A stretch of 63,988 nucleotides of DNA, filler included, from Octopus bimaculoides (taxonomy: Eukaryota): NCBI RefSeq assembly GCF_001194135.2. It is 4 parts of 4 records of this genome, joined end to end, with 100 filler letters (N's around TTAATTAATTAA, not from the genome) between each part and the next. Parts side by side here need not be neighbours in the genome. Positions count along the whole stretch, not along the records: positions 44,744 to 61,834 come from NC_068992.1; positions 61,935 to 63,988 come from NW_026299503.1; 2 more parts are not named here. One strand, written 5' to 3'. Shown here in pieces: positions 50,163-63,930 of this stretch; position 1 is the first letter of the stretch, and each line of letters opens with the position of its first letter. The notes beneath the pieces are model-generated. The model ran no database searches, had not been told where the DNA came from, and was given only the letters and a program-made list of their open reading frames with translations. Made by a program: the position numbers and the translations under genes.

Positions 50163-52410
50163 NNNNNNNNNNNNNNNNNNNNNNNNNNATATATATACAC
50201 ATACAGACATATAAATAGATAGATAGATAGATAGATAGATGGAAAATATTGCCTGAAAACCTCCACGAGTATGTAACTATAATTGAATTTTAATACATCG
50301 ATATTTAACAAATGTACATCTTCGATTCGTTTATATATTACCGTAGTGCTTTTTATACTGTAGAAAAATTTTAAAATGTATTTTTGTACTGTAGAAAAAT
50401 ATTTAAATGTATTTCGGTGTAAATATTCTCATTTCCAGGATGAGTGAATAATTTGTGACTAATGCTGTACCTATTTGTCATGCTGCGTTAGTTTGTTGGA
50501 TAATGCATTTAGAAAGGTATCGCATTCTATACAACATTGATATTTATCATACACTACATCTTATTATGTCCTTTGAAAATATATCAAACGTGATATCTTC
50601 GCAATTCAATGTGTACAATCCACTAAAGAAAAAATGTCTTATCTAAACTCTAATATGCAAAAAGGATCATGAAATATGCACCATATAAATGTGCCCGTGT
50701 TGTGTTATCAAACAATCAAATGCTTATCTTCTGCTGTCACAAATGCTTAGTTTGCATCATTGGGTATTATTTTTATTGAATATTTTTTATGAGACTGAAT
50801 TATGTGAACAACTGTGATTGTGTTTCGAAATCCTACATGTATTTTCCCTCTGCCTTGCTTATCAAGATACAGATCAATCAGATATTCCGTTGTTCTTGAT
50901 CCATTTCGATTTGTTAATATTTAAACCTGTTGTTTCTTCAAATCTTGATCCATTGATGTAATTTGTACAGAAATCATTGAAAATCTTAATTAATGTTGTT
51001 TCTGTTCATTTTCCGTGTGATATCGTTACTGTTTTAATAATTACATATTTCAGTGTAGCAATTTGCCTCTGCGCAATACAATTGCTATATGGTGAAATCA
51101 TTCAAAGATTGCTGGCAAGAAGATGACTAGATTAGCCTAAATTTTACGGTAATTTATTTTAGTAATTGTCATTTGCAAGTATAATATTGTAAAATTTATA
51201 AACGTTTAGCTGAAAAAATAATGGTTGAAAATGTTGGAAGTTTCGAGGGTTTGGAGAGTGAATCAATTACAGGAACCCTAGTGTTCAACTGGTACCTATT
51301 TAAATTGACTCTGAAAGGATGAAAGGCAACGTACACCTCGATCCAAAGATACTTATAACAAATTGTTCGAATTCAATATAATGATTTGTTCGATAAATTC
51401 GTTGGTTTTCTTTAGTTTCGATACCTAATTATTTTGATAAATCAATCAATATTTTCGATACCAATAATTTTAAGAAATCAATTAATATATTTCACTCTAT
51501 TGCACACAACTTTCTTGCCAACATTCCACTGGTTTGCAATTGCTTTGACGGTAGACATAACCGGATCTTGACTCGAAAAATCATTTGAGCCATCCTTATG
51601 GCTCCATGTCGTTGTTGAACGAAATTCATAATAAATTGATTGACAGTGACCGAAAAATTTGATAATCTGAAGTGAGTATATCGAAAGAATATGGAAACAC
51701 TTCACAACTAAGCATTTGGATAGCATTTGAATAGATTTTTTATTGAAATTAATGACGGCGGCGCTGGGGTGGGGAGAACTGTCGTGTTGAAAATTTTCCG
51801 GTTAGTTTGTTACAGGTGATTGCACATCGAGTAAAGGTGACCGCCAGGCTATCATCAGAGAATATTATCTTTCGGGCCAGTACTGCAAAGGAATTGTGCT
51901 ATCCCCTTGTAGTTATTTTAGTAATAACGTCCTGTGCGTATGCAGCATGAGTAGTGTGAGCGGCATCGACTTTGGAAACGTAACTGAATGTGAACAGAAT
52001 TTGTCTCCAATGTCCTGTTTTTCGATTATGTTGTAAAAGAGTAAGATCGTATCAAAAATAATAGCCAGGGGTTGTAGGAGATAAATAGAGCTACAAAAGA
52101 AGACCATAAAATGTAAATCGAAAATCATTTTCCCTTTCAATTCAACTAAAATTATTAGGAAATGAACGAACTGATATAACGCCATAATTTTGGCTTAGAT
52201 TAAAGCGCGAAGAGAGTAAAGAGCGTAATAACCTTTAAATTGTCACACATAGCTCTGTGGAAACTATAGGTTGTTACGCAAACACACTGTTCTGAATACA
52301 CTGCGTTTTATAGACGAAACAGCTATAAGAAGGTGGTTAATCTAATGAAGGTTGTTAAGTGACTCTTCTTGTGTAATTCTTAAACTGGTATATACAAGAG
52401 TTCCTGCGTG

Positions 52411-52443
<33 letters not shown>

Positions 52444-52490
52444 NNNNNNNNNNNNNNNNNNNNNNNNNNNNNNNNNNNNNNNNNNNNNNN

Positions 52491-52523
<33 letters not shown>

Positions 52524-53816
52524 GTGTCTGTGTGTGTGCGCGTATTGTTAAATAACATATTTTATTTTTAATTTATATTCATGTACATGCGAATGGTCAT
52601 TTACTTTTCTGTTTAGATTTTTCTCTATTTTATGCATCTTTATCGATACTTATTAATCTACGTACCAGCTTATTGGTTAACAGCTAGTCTGAAACCAATG
52701 GACTGGTGAACTGAAGCCAAACGTGTGTATGGAGGTGTAAACGTGTATGTGAAAATTTTGTTTCGTTGAACATTATGCAGATCAACATAATGCACAATTC
52801 CATCGAAGTTTTTCTACGCACATCATGTACGATATGCATTCCAGATTTATTGGGATATTTGCAGAATTACAAAACAGTTACATCCTTCCAAGTAGGACGC
52901 TCTCACTTATATGCTCTTGATGTAGCGCTCCAGCTGCTTCGCGAAGACCCCATGACTCCTCCGAAGAGAAGGTGCTCAGGATCCTTGCCACGTCCTCATT
53001 TTTCTTGCCAATGTCTTTAGAACGCCTGTCTGTGAGGTCTACTTTACGGTTTAAAATATAGAACAAGTATTATATATACATAAACTGTAGGAACAATAAT
53101 TGTGATAAATAAATAGTGTAGAAAAATCAATAAGTACAGTAGTCCAATCAGCATAAGTTTCGCAACTAAATTACTCAATAGATATAGGAAGCCATTTAGC
53201 TGTAAAAATGCATCACAATGTTGAAGATGCATTATACAATCCTGGGCAGTAGCTTAAGTGCAAATTTTATGAGTTCGTTATCAATTTCCTCTATATAAAA
53301 CCAAAATTTCGAATTATTCTAGCATGGACTATTATACATTATCTAAAAACCGGCAGTATTGCATGGACAGATGTTACCTTCTTCCTTGGCTGGTGTCGAT
53401 AAAATGTGTACGAATGAACATCATTTCATCACATTTACATCCCATTGCATACGACGTAAACTTTCAGTTCCTTAAAATATTGTTATCGATCAACTTTTGC
53501 TTGACTTTACTATCGTGAATTAATCTTGATTTCAACTTGAATAATTTCCGATTGAAATTATAAGTAAAAGGCACCGCTTAGTCGTGTAAAGCCAAAATTT
53601 GATAGCATGCGCTTATTAAACATAGTAATTTCCGATATATACTTAAATGAATTCAAGCATGCTATAAACGAATTATAATTAGTAAATTTCTGATGGCGTA
53701 ATAAAGGTTTTATATAGGTCTCATTTCAAGAAGCGATGTCGCCTGATTTCACTATTGTAGTAATCAAAATGGCCACGGGAATATTTACTGTTAGCAGATG
53801 GAAATTTGTATATGTA

Positions 53817-53857
<41 letters not shown>

Positions 53858-54059
53858 ATTCACACACACGCACATATATGAATACATAGACATGCATACA
53901 CACTTACACATACATGCACACACATATATATGTGCATATACATACACGTATGTGTGTATGCATATATATACACACACATATACATATATACATACATGCA
54001 TACATACATTCAAGCATNNNNNNNNNNATATATACATACATGCATACATACATTCAAGC

Positions 54060-54090
<31 letters not shown>

Positions 54091-54274
54091 TAACATATAT
54101 ATATATATACGTGCTTATGTGTTTATAAGAAATTATTTCAGCATGTATATGTATATGTGCATAGGTATGAATGGCCGTGTGTAATTACGTGTATAATCAA
54201 TGTTTGCAGCATATTATCCATAATCCATATATGAGTATATCGTGCATTAAATGTTTGTGTTCATATGATATTTC

Positions 54275-54309
<35 letters not shown>

Positions 54310-56072
54310 ATATTTATTTAATCATACGTATGAAATATTGTCCGTATAGCCGAAGCTACTTGTCTCAGTAGAATAGATGCAATCAGTGTGAAGCATCAGT
54401 GAGCTAATAGGTTCGATGTCCGTCTGTTGCACTTAGCTATATAGTTCAAATCACCGTGTTACGGGAAAATGATGAGGCTGTTAAATATAACACAAGCCTA
54501 AGACTTAAGCAATACGTGCAATAATGTTTAACTGATCACCCAGTATTTAGAACATGCGTGAGTGCATTTATCTATGCAGATATAAATATATGGATGCATG
54601 CATACAGACATATTATACATATATACATATATTTGTAATACTTTTACATACACACATACATGCATATATACATACACAGACGCATATACATAGATAAATA
54701 AATACATACATAGATGCCTACATACGTGCATACATACACACATACATACATACATACATAAAGTTATTTATGTACATTTCTTTGCATTTTATTACACCTT
54801 AAGCCTACCCTGTGTTTAAAGAGCGAATTGTTAGATTATTTAATACTTGCATTTTTCAAATAACTGTCGTAAATATATTTTTAACCGAATGTTTCATAAG
54901 ATTGTGTTATTCAGATTATATATACCTAAAGACGCGAATTCCAAGTCAGTTTTATACATAGATTGCACAAAAAAAAACTCTGTGATTAACTTTTTCTATC
55001 CTTTGCAATCTTCTGCCATTTGGCTGGTGTCTTATATTCATTTTCCTTTTCATGATATATACCAGCGTCTGCAATATGAATAATAAAATACAAATGGTAG
55101 GTGCCAGATTACTTGTGAGGTTGTTGGGATTTTCAGATTTTCACTTCTCTATGCCTATAAGCTAAATTATGTGTAACGATGAATGATAATAAGAGCTTTG
55201 AAACTTCAGCTTTTCTTATATGTATGTGAACGTTATCTTTCCCCAAAAATAATACATAAAAGGTGATGGTTTATGCAGGCTTCCAAATGAAGTAAATATT
55301 ATTTTTGTTTTATTATTTATATTCTGGTGTGTGCGCTTTAACTGTGTTAGACAGATTGCTATAGGCATATTAATGTCTTGTAGATAATCATGTACTGATC
55401 TTGCATGTGATTTTTAGAAAGAGTTGTTTGGTATTAATGTGAACTGCAGGAGTTCATGGAAGTGTATTTCATATGGAGTTTTATTTAATTTATTTTAGTG
55501 ATATTATGTCTTATCGAGGATGACGACAGGGTAGGACAAGTGGTGGTTTGGTTGAAGATCCGTTTATCCTATGGTCAGAATAGAAATAATTTTGAAGTTC
55601 TCCAGTTTTAAGTTCTTTTTTATAGAGTAAGGTTGAATGATTCGTTCTTCATAATGTGTGCGTTCATTGAGGCATTCAGTACGTTTAACGCAACTGTTGA
55701 ATAGAGATTGTTTCGCCTGCCTCTTGAAGTTAATTGGTTACTTTTTCGTAGTAATGTACTAATTTAGATGTGATATTATTTAAACTACGGTACGTTAAAT
55801 TCGATACAAACTCGATTGATGGCGTAGAATTGTACTTGTACCTAACTATGAATACTCCATTCAATTTATTTCATGCTGTGTGAATCTTACATTGCTTATA
55901 ATACTACGACTGAAAAACTGGTATATATAGTAGCATCTATATCAGTGATTACAACTCTCTCATTTGAACAACACAAGTTTTAGGAACGAACGTGTGCGTA
56001 CATTCACAGAAAGTGATGTCAACAGTTGAATAAAAGAACTTCAAGATACACTAGTCATGTAATACCAGAATA

Positions 56073-56110
<38 letters not shown>

Positions 56111-57371
56111 CTAAGGCAGCGCGTTTTAAATATACATACATTTTAGAGAAGACATTTTAAAATTATTATCTTATACGTAAATGAGAATTTGAAATTGTTT
56201 TAAGGCACGTTTAAAATCAATCACGTTGGAGAATGTGTTCAATATGTCTTCACGATATAAAGCGTGTGATGATGATTGCCATATAGACTTGACTATTAAG
56301 AAATACACGTTGTTTATGTACGCTGTTTTATTTCGCTGTTATATACAATTATTTGTTTAGAATGCTTACTTTTTATTTGAGACCGCTCTATCTATGGAAA
56401 ATGTTCGCACTGAAAGATCACTCACTTATATTCGTAATATGCTTTCCTACCTTTTGAGCTGAGCAACGCTTTAAACAGCGGCTATAATGCTACAAGCTAT
56501 TGAATTGCACGCTATATTTTAAGAACTGTTTTTAAATGTATCGCTAATTTATCTTTCTGTACAGTGAGGTTTGGCATTTCCTTTGTTGATATTCTTTCTT
56601 CAACGTTCCTATAGCAAAGTAATTTACACCTGAATCCATTTATCTCTAAGTAGGCATCTTATGGTGGATCGATTTGTTCTTATAAGAATCAGCATCTCAT
56701 TCGAAATGATGAGCTTTTGCATTGGCTCTCAACAATGCTACTTAGCAACTTTTCTCATGGTTTCGTAATTCCTATTATAGTCATTTATAAATCAACACGA
56801 TCCATTAACCATTAATCGATACATCTGATCATGATAACCCAAGTTATTTACTCGGCTGTTTATCAACAGATTTATCGATTATACGCAGATAAATTTCAAC
56901 GCAGCTGAGTATGAATGCAATGCCCCATTGATGGAGTTATTTTGACATGCAGCAGTCTCTCATGTTAAATACTATACAATATTCTAAATAAATACATAAA
57001 AGCGTCAATACAGGTGAAAGCGTGCGATCGCTCAAGTTTAGGTAGGTATTTTACCTAATGGAATATCAAAAGAAACAGGTAATTCGGGTATGTTTTACTT
57101 TTGTGGTCTTTGTTTATCGTTTGTTTAATGGTAAGACTAGAGTTAAACCCTATGTATGAAAGGAATGTCATTTTTCTCTAATGCCTTTATACTGTCTATT
57201 ATTTCTCTTAATTAAATAGGAAATGCATTAACATATCAGGATCTGGGAGCTGTTGTAGTCGAAGTTGCAGCAACACTAGTTGTTGTTGCTGGAGTTGCAG
57301 TAATCGTGATGCAAGATCAACAAAAAAAAATACAACCAAGAAAATAAAGAAAATGTAGAAGTAGAAGTAGA

Positions 57372-57495
57372 AGAAGAAGAAGCAGAAAAAGAAGAAAAAA
57401 ATGAAGAAGAAGAAGAAGAAGAAGAAGAAGAAGAAGAAGAAGAAGAAGAAGAAGAAGAAGAAGAAGAAGAAGAAGAAGAAGAAGAAAGAAAAGAA
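57372..57495. repeat. (AAG)n microsatellite
   Basis: Read directly; source of the poly-K ORF. Confidence 0.95.
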
Positions 57496-57708
57496 GAGTA
57501 ATTTCTACTATAGGTACAAAACCGGAAGGTTTAGAGTAGGGGTTAAGACGGTTACACCGAAACCAATAGTCAAATGGTTGCTTATTTTATCAAATGGACA
57601 AGATGAAAAGCAAATTAAACTCAGAGTGTAAAGTCGGGGGAAATGCCACTAAGCATTTTGTCCGGCATGCAAACCATTGTGTCATCTTGCCGCCTTAATA
57701 ACAACAAC

Positions 57709-57764
<56 letters not shown>

Positions 57765-57767
<3 letters not shown>

Positions 57768-58065
57768 CTTTCAAAATACAAAGACCTGGAAATAGAGATA
57801 ACTCGAATGTGGAATCTAAAAACAGAAACAATTCCTATCATAGTAGGTGCCTTAGGTATAATAAAAACATATTCAGACAAATACATAACAAAAACACCAG
57901 GACTTACAAATATATATAACATACAGAAAATTGCACTACTGGGTACTGCACACATTCTACGCAAAACACTTTCAATACAGTAAACATAAGAGCACCACAG
58001 CAAACCACAGCACATACCCAAGGCGCACAGAGCTGCGCTCGGTAGTGAAATGAAAGCCCGTTATA
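57765..58065 (+). mobile_element. Short 5'-truncated R4/Dong insertion flanked by (TAA)n on both sides
   Basis: Uninterrupted frame KLSKYKDLEIEITRMW...IPIIVGALG...IQKIALLGTAHILRKTLSIQ* (57765-57983), then an ~80-nt 3' UTR with a GCGCA/TGCGC hairpin, then TAATAA. Confidence 0.88.
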
Positions 58066-58619
58066 AATAATAATAATAATAATTCTAATATCGCCACGAG
58101 TAGTCTTCAAACACTATGACGATTTGAAGTGGGAAATAGGAAGAGTAGACGAGATACCAATTGTACACCTTCGAAGCTTACAGCACCAGGCACACAACAT
58201 CGAGAAAGCAGCTGGTCATTTGAAGAATGTGGTCGGTATCTAGTCCTCCCAACAACAGATAAGGATCAAAGATACGACAACAATCCTGACCAAACCAGTG
58301 AGTTAAAACGCAAAACACTGTATAAACAGTTTCAACTTCATGTAACAGGATATCTTAAAGAAATATGCGGGGAATAGAACTAGAAAATAACAAAGCAAGG
58401 CGAACCTGAAACATCAATGACCTAGGGCTATAAACTCAAGATACCTAAGAAGTGGCATGATTGCCGTCATCATATAGGATATGCCTATTCATACAGAGAA
58501 ATAGATAAAAGCCAACATTCTCGGTATGGCCGTCATGGAGTGGTTGTCATCAATGGTCAGAGCTGTGGTAACCAATGGTGTTTAATTGTTGATAATACAA
58601 TACGCTCCTAAAGAAATAC

Positions 58620-58750
58620 CTGTGTGGTTAAGAAGTTTGCTTTGCAAGCACGCAGGTTTCAGGTTCAGTCCCACAGCGAAACATTTTGAGAAAGTTGCTT
58701 CTATTATAACCTAGCGCCCACTAATAACTTGTGAATGAATTTAGTAGATG
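58620..58750 (+). mobile_element. Partial SINE (9336 family head)
   Basis: TGTGTGGTTAAGAAGTTTGCTT..GGTTCAGTCCCAC..CTTCTATTATAAC. Confidence 0.7.
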
Positions 58751-58920
58751 CAGCTTATTTGTGTATATGTATATCAGGTCACTTCCGATATATATCAGGT
58801 CACTACTCACATACTTTCTCGCCAATTCTCAGACACTTTTTCTCTTTGTAATTCCTCCTTTCATTCATTCAATCTCTCCTTCTGCTTTTTACTTTTTTTT
58901 TCTTTCATCCTTTCATTCAC

Positions 58921-58963
<43 letters not shown>

Positions 58964-58985
58964 GTCTTTCTTCCTTTCTTTCTTC

Positions 58986-59031
<46 letters not shown>

Positions 59032-59062
59032 CTGTCCCTCTGTCTGTCTGTATGTCTGTCTG

Positions 59063-59123
<61 letters not shown>

Positions 59124-61373
59124 TTTTCACTGAATGCGACAGCACCTGATTTCTTAGCATACGTTTCCTCTGTTTGATATATATGGAATTAACTCGATTA
59201 CATGGAGAGATAAATATATATATTGCTGACAGCAGACGACAGCTATAACCTATATATTTGCTATTTTAAATAACTGGCCTTTCAAGAGTGCCTTCCACAA
59301 TCACTTTCCGTCTTTAAACATTTGTAACTATACTGCAAACGTGCCTGTTTTGCACCCGACTTTGAGAAGAGAAATATTTGATTAAACATCTAATTGAGCG
59401 ATTAGATTAAAGATTTTCTAGTCTTTCGTGTCCTTAAATGGGGTTATGTGTCCTTTATGCCTCAAGATATACTATATTTTGTTACGCCAATTACAGATTA
59501 GTTGAGGAAATCGGATATTGGGTTAAATGACAGCTTATAAAAAAAGAACGACTCTGCATAATGAAATGAATTTAACACGATCGTCGATATAAATTGCATT
59601 CAGAAATTCAAGCAAACAGCTGAGTTTCGTCTGGTCATGGTCGAGGGCACTGTTTACTGTTTAAATGGATACAATAAATTTATTTTCATTGGAAAAATGT
59701 AACTACTTGATATTCTTCGAGTATCAGACCTGAATAATAAGTACGTTTGAAGAGTATTACAGAATTTGTTAGGGGAGCAGGTGGATGTATTCTTGCTCCG
59801 ATTTGTACTGGTAGTATTTCGTATGTATGCATGTGTATGTAGATGCATATACGTGCATGTATAAATGCACATTATATAAGTGTATATATACATATATATG
59901 TATACATTCAGATATATATACTTATATACATTCAGATATATATACTTATATACATTTCTATATATATGTTGATATATATATATATGTGTATATATGTGTG
60001 TGTGTGTGTGGCTGTGTGTGTGTGTGTATGTGTGTGTGTGTGTGGGTATGCATCAGGAGATATGTGTAAGTGTACGTCTGAATGCGTTCTGTTTCACGAT
60101 TGAATAAGCTTAAAGAGTTAATGCGAATGAAGGTCATACATTAAATATTTATTTTACCAATAACAAATATGTTGATATGTTGAAACAATTTCTCGAGAAA
60201 AAAATTTCTTTACTACTGATATTCCGTTTCAAATGTTTTTGTTAAATGTATTATCAATACAAGATGATATTTCCATATATTATTTATGTTTCTTATAATT
60301 CACGTTCGTTGCGTACTGTTCTGACCTTCAGAAACACAATTATTACTAACACATTCTCTAAGAGCCGCAAGCAAATTATAGCCGCCGTATATATATATAT
60401 ATATATATATATNNNNNNNNNNNNNNNNNNNNNNNNNNNNNNNNNNNNNNNNNNNNNNNNNNNNNNNNNNNNNNNNNNNNNNNNNNNNNNNNNNNNNNNN
60501 NNNNNNNNNNNNNNNNNNNNNNNNNNNNNNNNNNNNNNNNNNNNNNNNNNNNNNNNNNNNNNNNNNNNNNNNNNNNNNNNNNNNNNNNNNNNNNNNNNNN
60601 NNNNNNNNNNNNNNNNNNNNNNNNNNNNNNNNNNNNNNNNNNNNNNNNNNNNNNNNNNNNNNNNNNNNNNNNNNNNNNNNNNNNNNNNNNNNNNNNNNNN
60701 NNNNNNNNNNNNNNNNNNNNNNNNNNNNNNNNNNNNNNNNNNNNNNNNNNNNNNNNNNNNNNNNNNNNNNNNNNNNNNNNNNNNNNNNNNNNNNNNNNNN
60801 NNNNNNNNNNNNNNNNNNNNNNNNNNNNNNNNNNNNNNNNNNNNNNNNNNNNNNNNNNNNNNNNNNNNNNNNNNNNNNNNNNNNNNNNNNNNNNNNNNNN
60901 NNNNNNNNNNNNNNNNNTATATATATATATATATATATATATGGACATACATACACGTGTACATATTGCGTGTTCGTGCAAATGTAGTTTACTTTTATTA
61001 TAGATTGGTTATCGTATGAGAATATTTCAATATTTCATTAATGTTCGTGAATTAGAACTTGAAGCAGATGATTGTACTGAAGATGACTGATTCCATTTGA
61101 ATTCAAAAGGCAACTTCGGTGTAAACATCATTTGGTGGTGAATTCCATCAGTTTCATATAATTACAATGCTGAAGGTCTTATCAATGAGCGATCCTACGC
61201 TCATCGCTACACTATGCTTTAATCAATGGCTGTTATATGTTGCTGAATGGAAGTGCACTTGGTAAATTAATGATTACCCTGGCGATTTCTCTTTTGACAC
61301 TCCTCGAAATACCGAGGCTTGGAAAAATTACAGGATTATGAGTTAAAGCATGAAAGTTTGTGCTAGAACATAC

Positions 61374-61559
61374 CTTTGAAGTGAAAGCAATCGACAACAA
61401 TTCACACAGTGCATCAACGGTCGTATAATCATCGGTAGTTGAAAGTATTGCATTAGGTAATTTTACATTCGGTATATGGAAATATAGCAGATGTCCGCCA
61501 TCTCTAGACCGTGCTTCGTTTTTCGACATCAAGCAATGTTGAAAGGTAAATATTTTAAT
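61374..61559 (-). CDS. Candidate 186-bp internal exon (phase 0-0) of an unidentified gene
   Basis: 62 open codons IKIFTFQHCL...RDGGHLLYFHIPNVKLPNAILSTTDDYTTVDALCELLSIAFTSK bounded by TTATCAG| and AAG|GTATGT, in non-repetitive DNA. No homology recognised. Confidence 0.3.
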
Positions 61560-61786
61560 CTGATAACGTGTGGAATTGATCAGATTTACGAAAATGAAGA
61601 GAGGAAGGCAAGTGACTCCAGAGTGGTTACTGAAATACAATGAAAACTTCAGTTCGCACACACACACACATACACACACACATATACATACACGCACACA
61701 CACATATATACATATACACACACATATATGATACATACATGCATATATGTACGCACGCATATATATATATGTATAAATATATATAA

Positions 61787-61834
<48 letters not shown>

Positions 61835-62007
61835 NNNNNNNNNNNNNNNNNNNNNNNNNNNNNNNNNNNNNNNNNNNNTTAATTAATTAANNNNNNNNNN
61901 NNNNNNNNNNNNNNNNNNNNNNNNNNNNNNNNNNAGGAGACAACAAACGTCAAGGCAAGGCAAATATTTCAAGTCATATACATTATCATTATTGGAAAAA
62001 AATCAAA

Positions 62008-62063
62008 GTCTTACAGCTGTTTCTGAGATATCCCAGAGTATCGGATATTCTGTCATCAGAGAC
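62008..62063 (-). ncRNA. Minimal type I hammerhead ribozyme motif (left arm)
   Basis: GUCU-CUGAUGA-cagaauauccgauacucugggauaucuca-GAAA-CAGCUG-UA-AGAC; the base of stem II is mismatched. Confidence 0.65.
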
Positions 62064-62288
62064 AAATAGGGAAAATGAGAAGGTTATAGATTAATGAAAT
62101 GAGAACATAGAGGATAGGAGTAAAGGAATAAGGTGATGAAGAGAGAGAAGAAAAAACAAGCATAAAAAGTTCACTGTTCAGAACTGTTATGCATCTTTTT
62201 GCGTCTCTCTCTTCGTCTCCTTATTCATTTACTCCTATCCTCTATGTCTTCATTTCATTAATCTATGCCCTTCCCCTTTTCCCTGTTT

Positions 62289-62344
62289 GTCTCTGATGAT
62301 GGAACATTCCATATTCTGGGATATCCCAGAAACAGCTGTAAGAC
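62289..62344 (+). ncRNA. Minimal type I hammerhead ribozyme motif (right arm, best preserved)
   Basis: GUCU-CUGAUGA-[uggaacauucca uauuc ugggauauccca]-GAAA-CAGCUG-UA-AGAC: 4-bp stem I, 12-position stem II with 2 mismatches, palindromic stem III ACAGCUGU. Predicted cleavage after GUA at 62340. Confidence 0.75.
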
Positions 62345-63930
62345 TTTGAATTTTTTCCAATAATGATAATGTACATGACTTGAGATGTTTGCCTTGCCTT
62401 AACGCTTGTTGTCCTCCTTAACAATTATATATCCGCTATATCAGAAATCTGCAATGCCTCCATAACTACCGTCTCGGATATAACCTTAGAGCCCTAGTAA
62501 TCTGTTGCAGCATTTACCTAGCGTACCTAATCATTTAGATCACCTGTGAACTAAACCCCTCATATAATGGTTGACCAAGTATAGCACTTACTCAGTGTAC
62601 CTATCCGTTTAGATAACAAGTGAATTAAAGCCCTTATATTATANNNNNNNNNNNNNNNNNNNNNNNNNNNNNNNNNNNNNNNNNNNNNNNNNNNNNNNNN
62701 NNNNNNNNNNNNNNNNNNNNNNNNNNNNNNNNNNNNNNNNNNNNNNNNNNNNNNNNNNNNNNNNNNNNNNNNNNNNNNNNNNNNNNNNNNNNNNNNNNNN
62801 NNNNNNNNNNNNNNNNNNNNNNNNNNNNNNNNNNNNNNNNNNNNNNNNNNNNNNNNNNNNNNNNNNNNNNNNNNNNNNNNNNNNNNNNNNNNNNNNNNNN
62901 NNNNNNNNNNNNNNNNNNNNNNNNNNNNNNNNNNNNNNNNNNNNNNNNNNNNNNNNNNNNNNNNNNNNNNNNNNNNNNNNNNNNNNNNNNNNNNNNNNNN
63001 NNNNNNNNNNNNNNNNNNNNNNNNNNNNNNNNNNNNNNNNNNNNNNNNNNNNNNNNNNNNNNNNNNNNNNNNNNNNNNNNNNNNNNNNNNNNNNNNNNNN
63101 NNNNNNNNNNNNNNNNNNNNNNNNNNNNNNNNNNNNNNNNNNNNNNNNNNNNNNNNNNNNNNNNNNNNNNNNNNNNNNNNNNNNNNNNNNNNNNNNNNNN
63201 NNNNNNNNNNNNNNNNNNNNNNNNNNNNNNNNNNNNNNNNNNNNNNNNNNNNNNNNNNNNNNNNNNNNNNNNNNNNNNNNNNNNNNNNNNNNNNNNNNNN
63301 NNNNNNNNNNNNNNNNNNNNNNNNNNNNNNNNNNNNNNNNNNNNNNNNNNNNNNNNNNNNNNNNNNNNNNNNNNNNNNNNNNNNNNNNNNNNNNNNNNNN
63401 NNNNNNNNNNNNNNNNNNNNNNNNNNNNNNNNNNNNNNNNNNNNNNNNNNNNNNNNNNNNNNNNNNNNNNNNNNNNNNNNNNNNNNNNNNNNNNNNNNNN
63501 NNNNNNNNNNNNNNNNNNNNNNNATATATATTGTTTTTCATTTTCTTTTCTTTTCTCCACTATTTTTCTCTTCCTTCGGCAATATTTCTTCACACTGTCT
63601 GATTTATATTTAACTTGAACTACTTTTCTTTTTCTTTTTTTACGAAGCTGCTGCATAATTATACTCTGAAACTGTTTTCAGCTATTGGAGCTGTGGCCAT
63701 ACTGGATCATCAATTTCACGAATATTCTTTATCTTTGCTTTTGTTTCAGTCGACAATATCGACCCAAATAGTTTATCTGGAATTTATTTTGACGATTTCG
63801 TAAATGACGAATATCAACCAAAACAAAAAAAAAGGTGTAACTGAATAAGAAGTAAATGCTGCAAAGCATTTTCGTTCGAGGCTCATACTTTTGCCATCCC
63901 TCGGTGGCACACACATACACAGACATACAC

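Larger units (their letters stand above)
61935..62418. mobile_element. ~480-bp imperfect foldback palindrome with a hammerhead in each arm (probable Penelope-derived element)
   Basis: The arms pair end to centre (AGGAGACAACAA..CAAGGCAAGGCAAA vs TTTGCCTTGCCTT..TTGTTGTCCTCCT), with the axis near 62175. The left end abuts a gap. Confidence 0.9.

Noticed and set aside
51840-51880. CTGATGA on the minus strand near GAAA as a possible hammerhead (also CTGATGA at ~9895, 22192, 24190, 31361 and 38146)
   Set aside because: No correctly ordered stem II-GAAA-stem III-UH arrangement or stem I pairing.
59690-59830. Short open frames with possible splice sites on either strand
   Set aside because: Donor sites are weak and several incompatible frames fit equally well; insufficient evidence.
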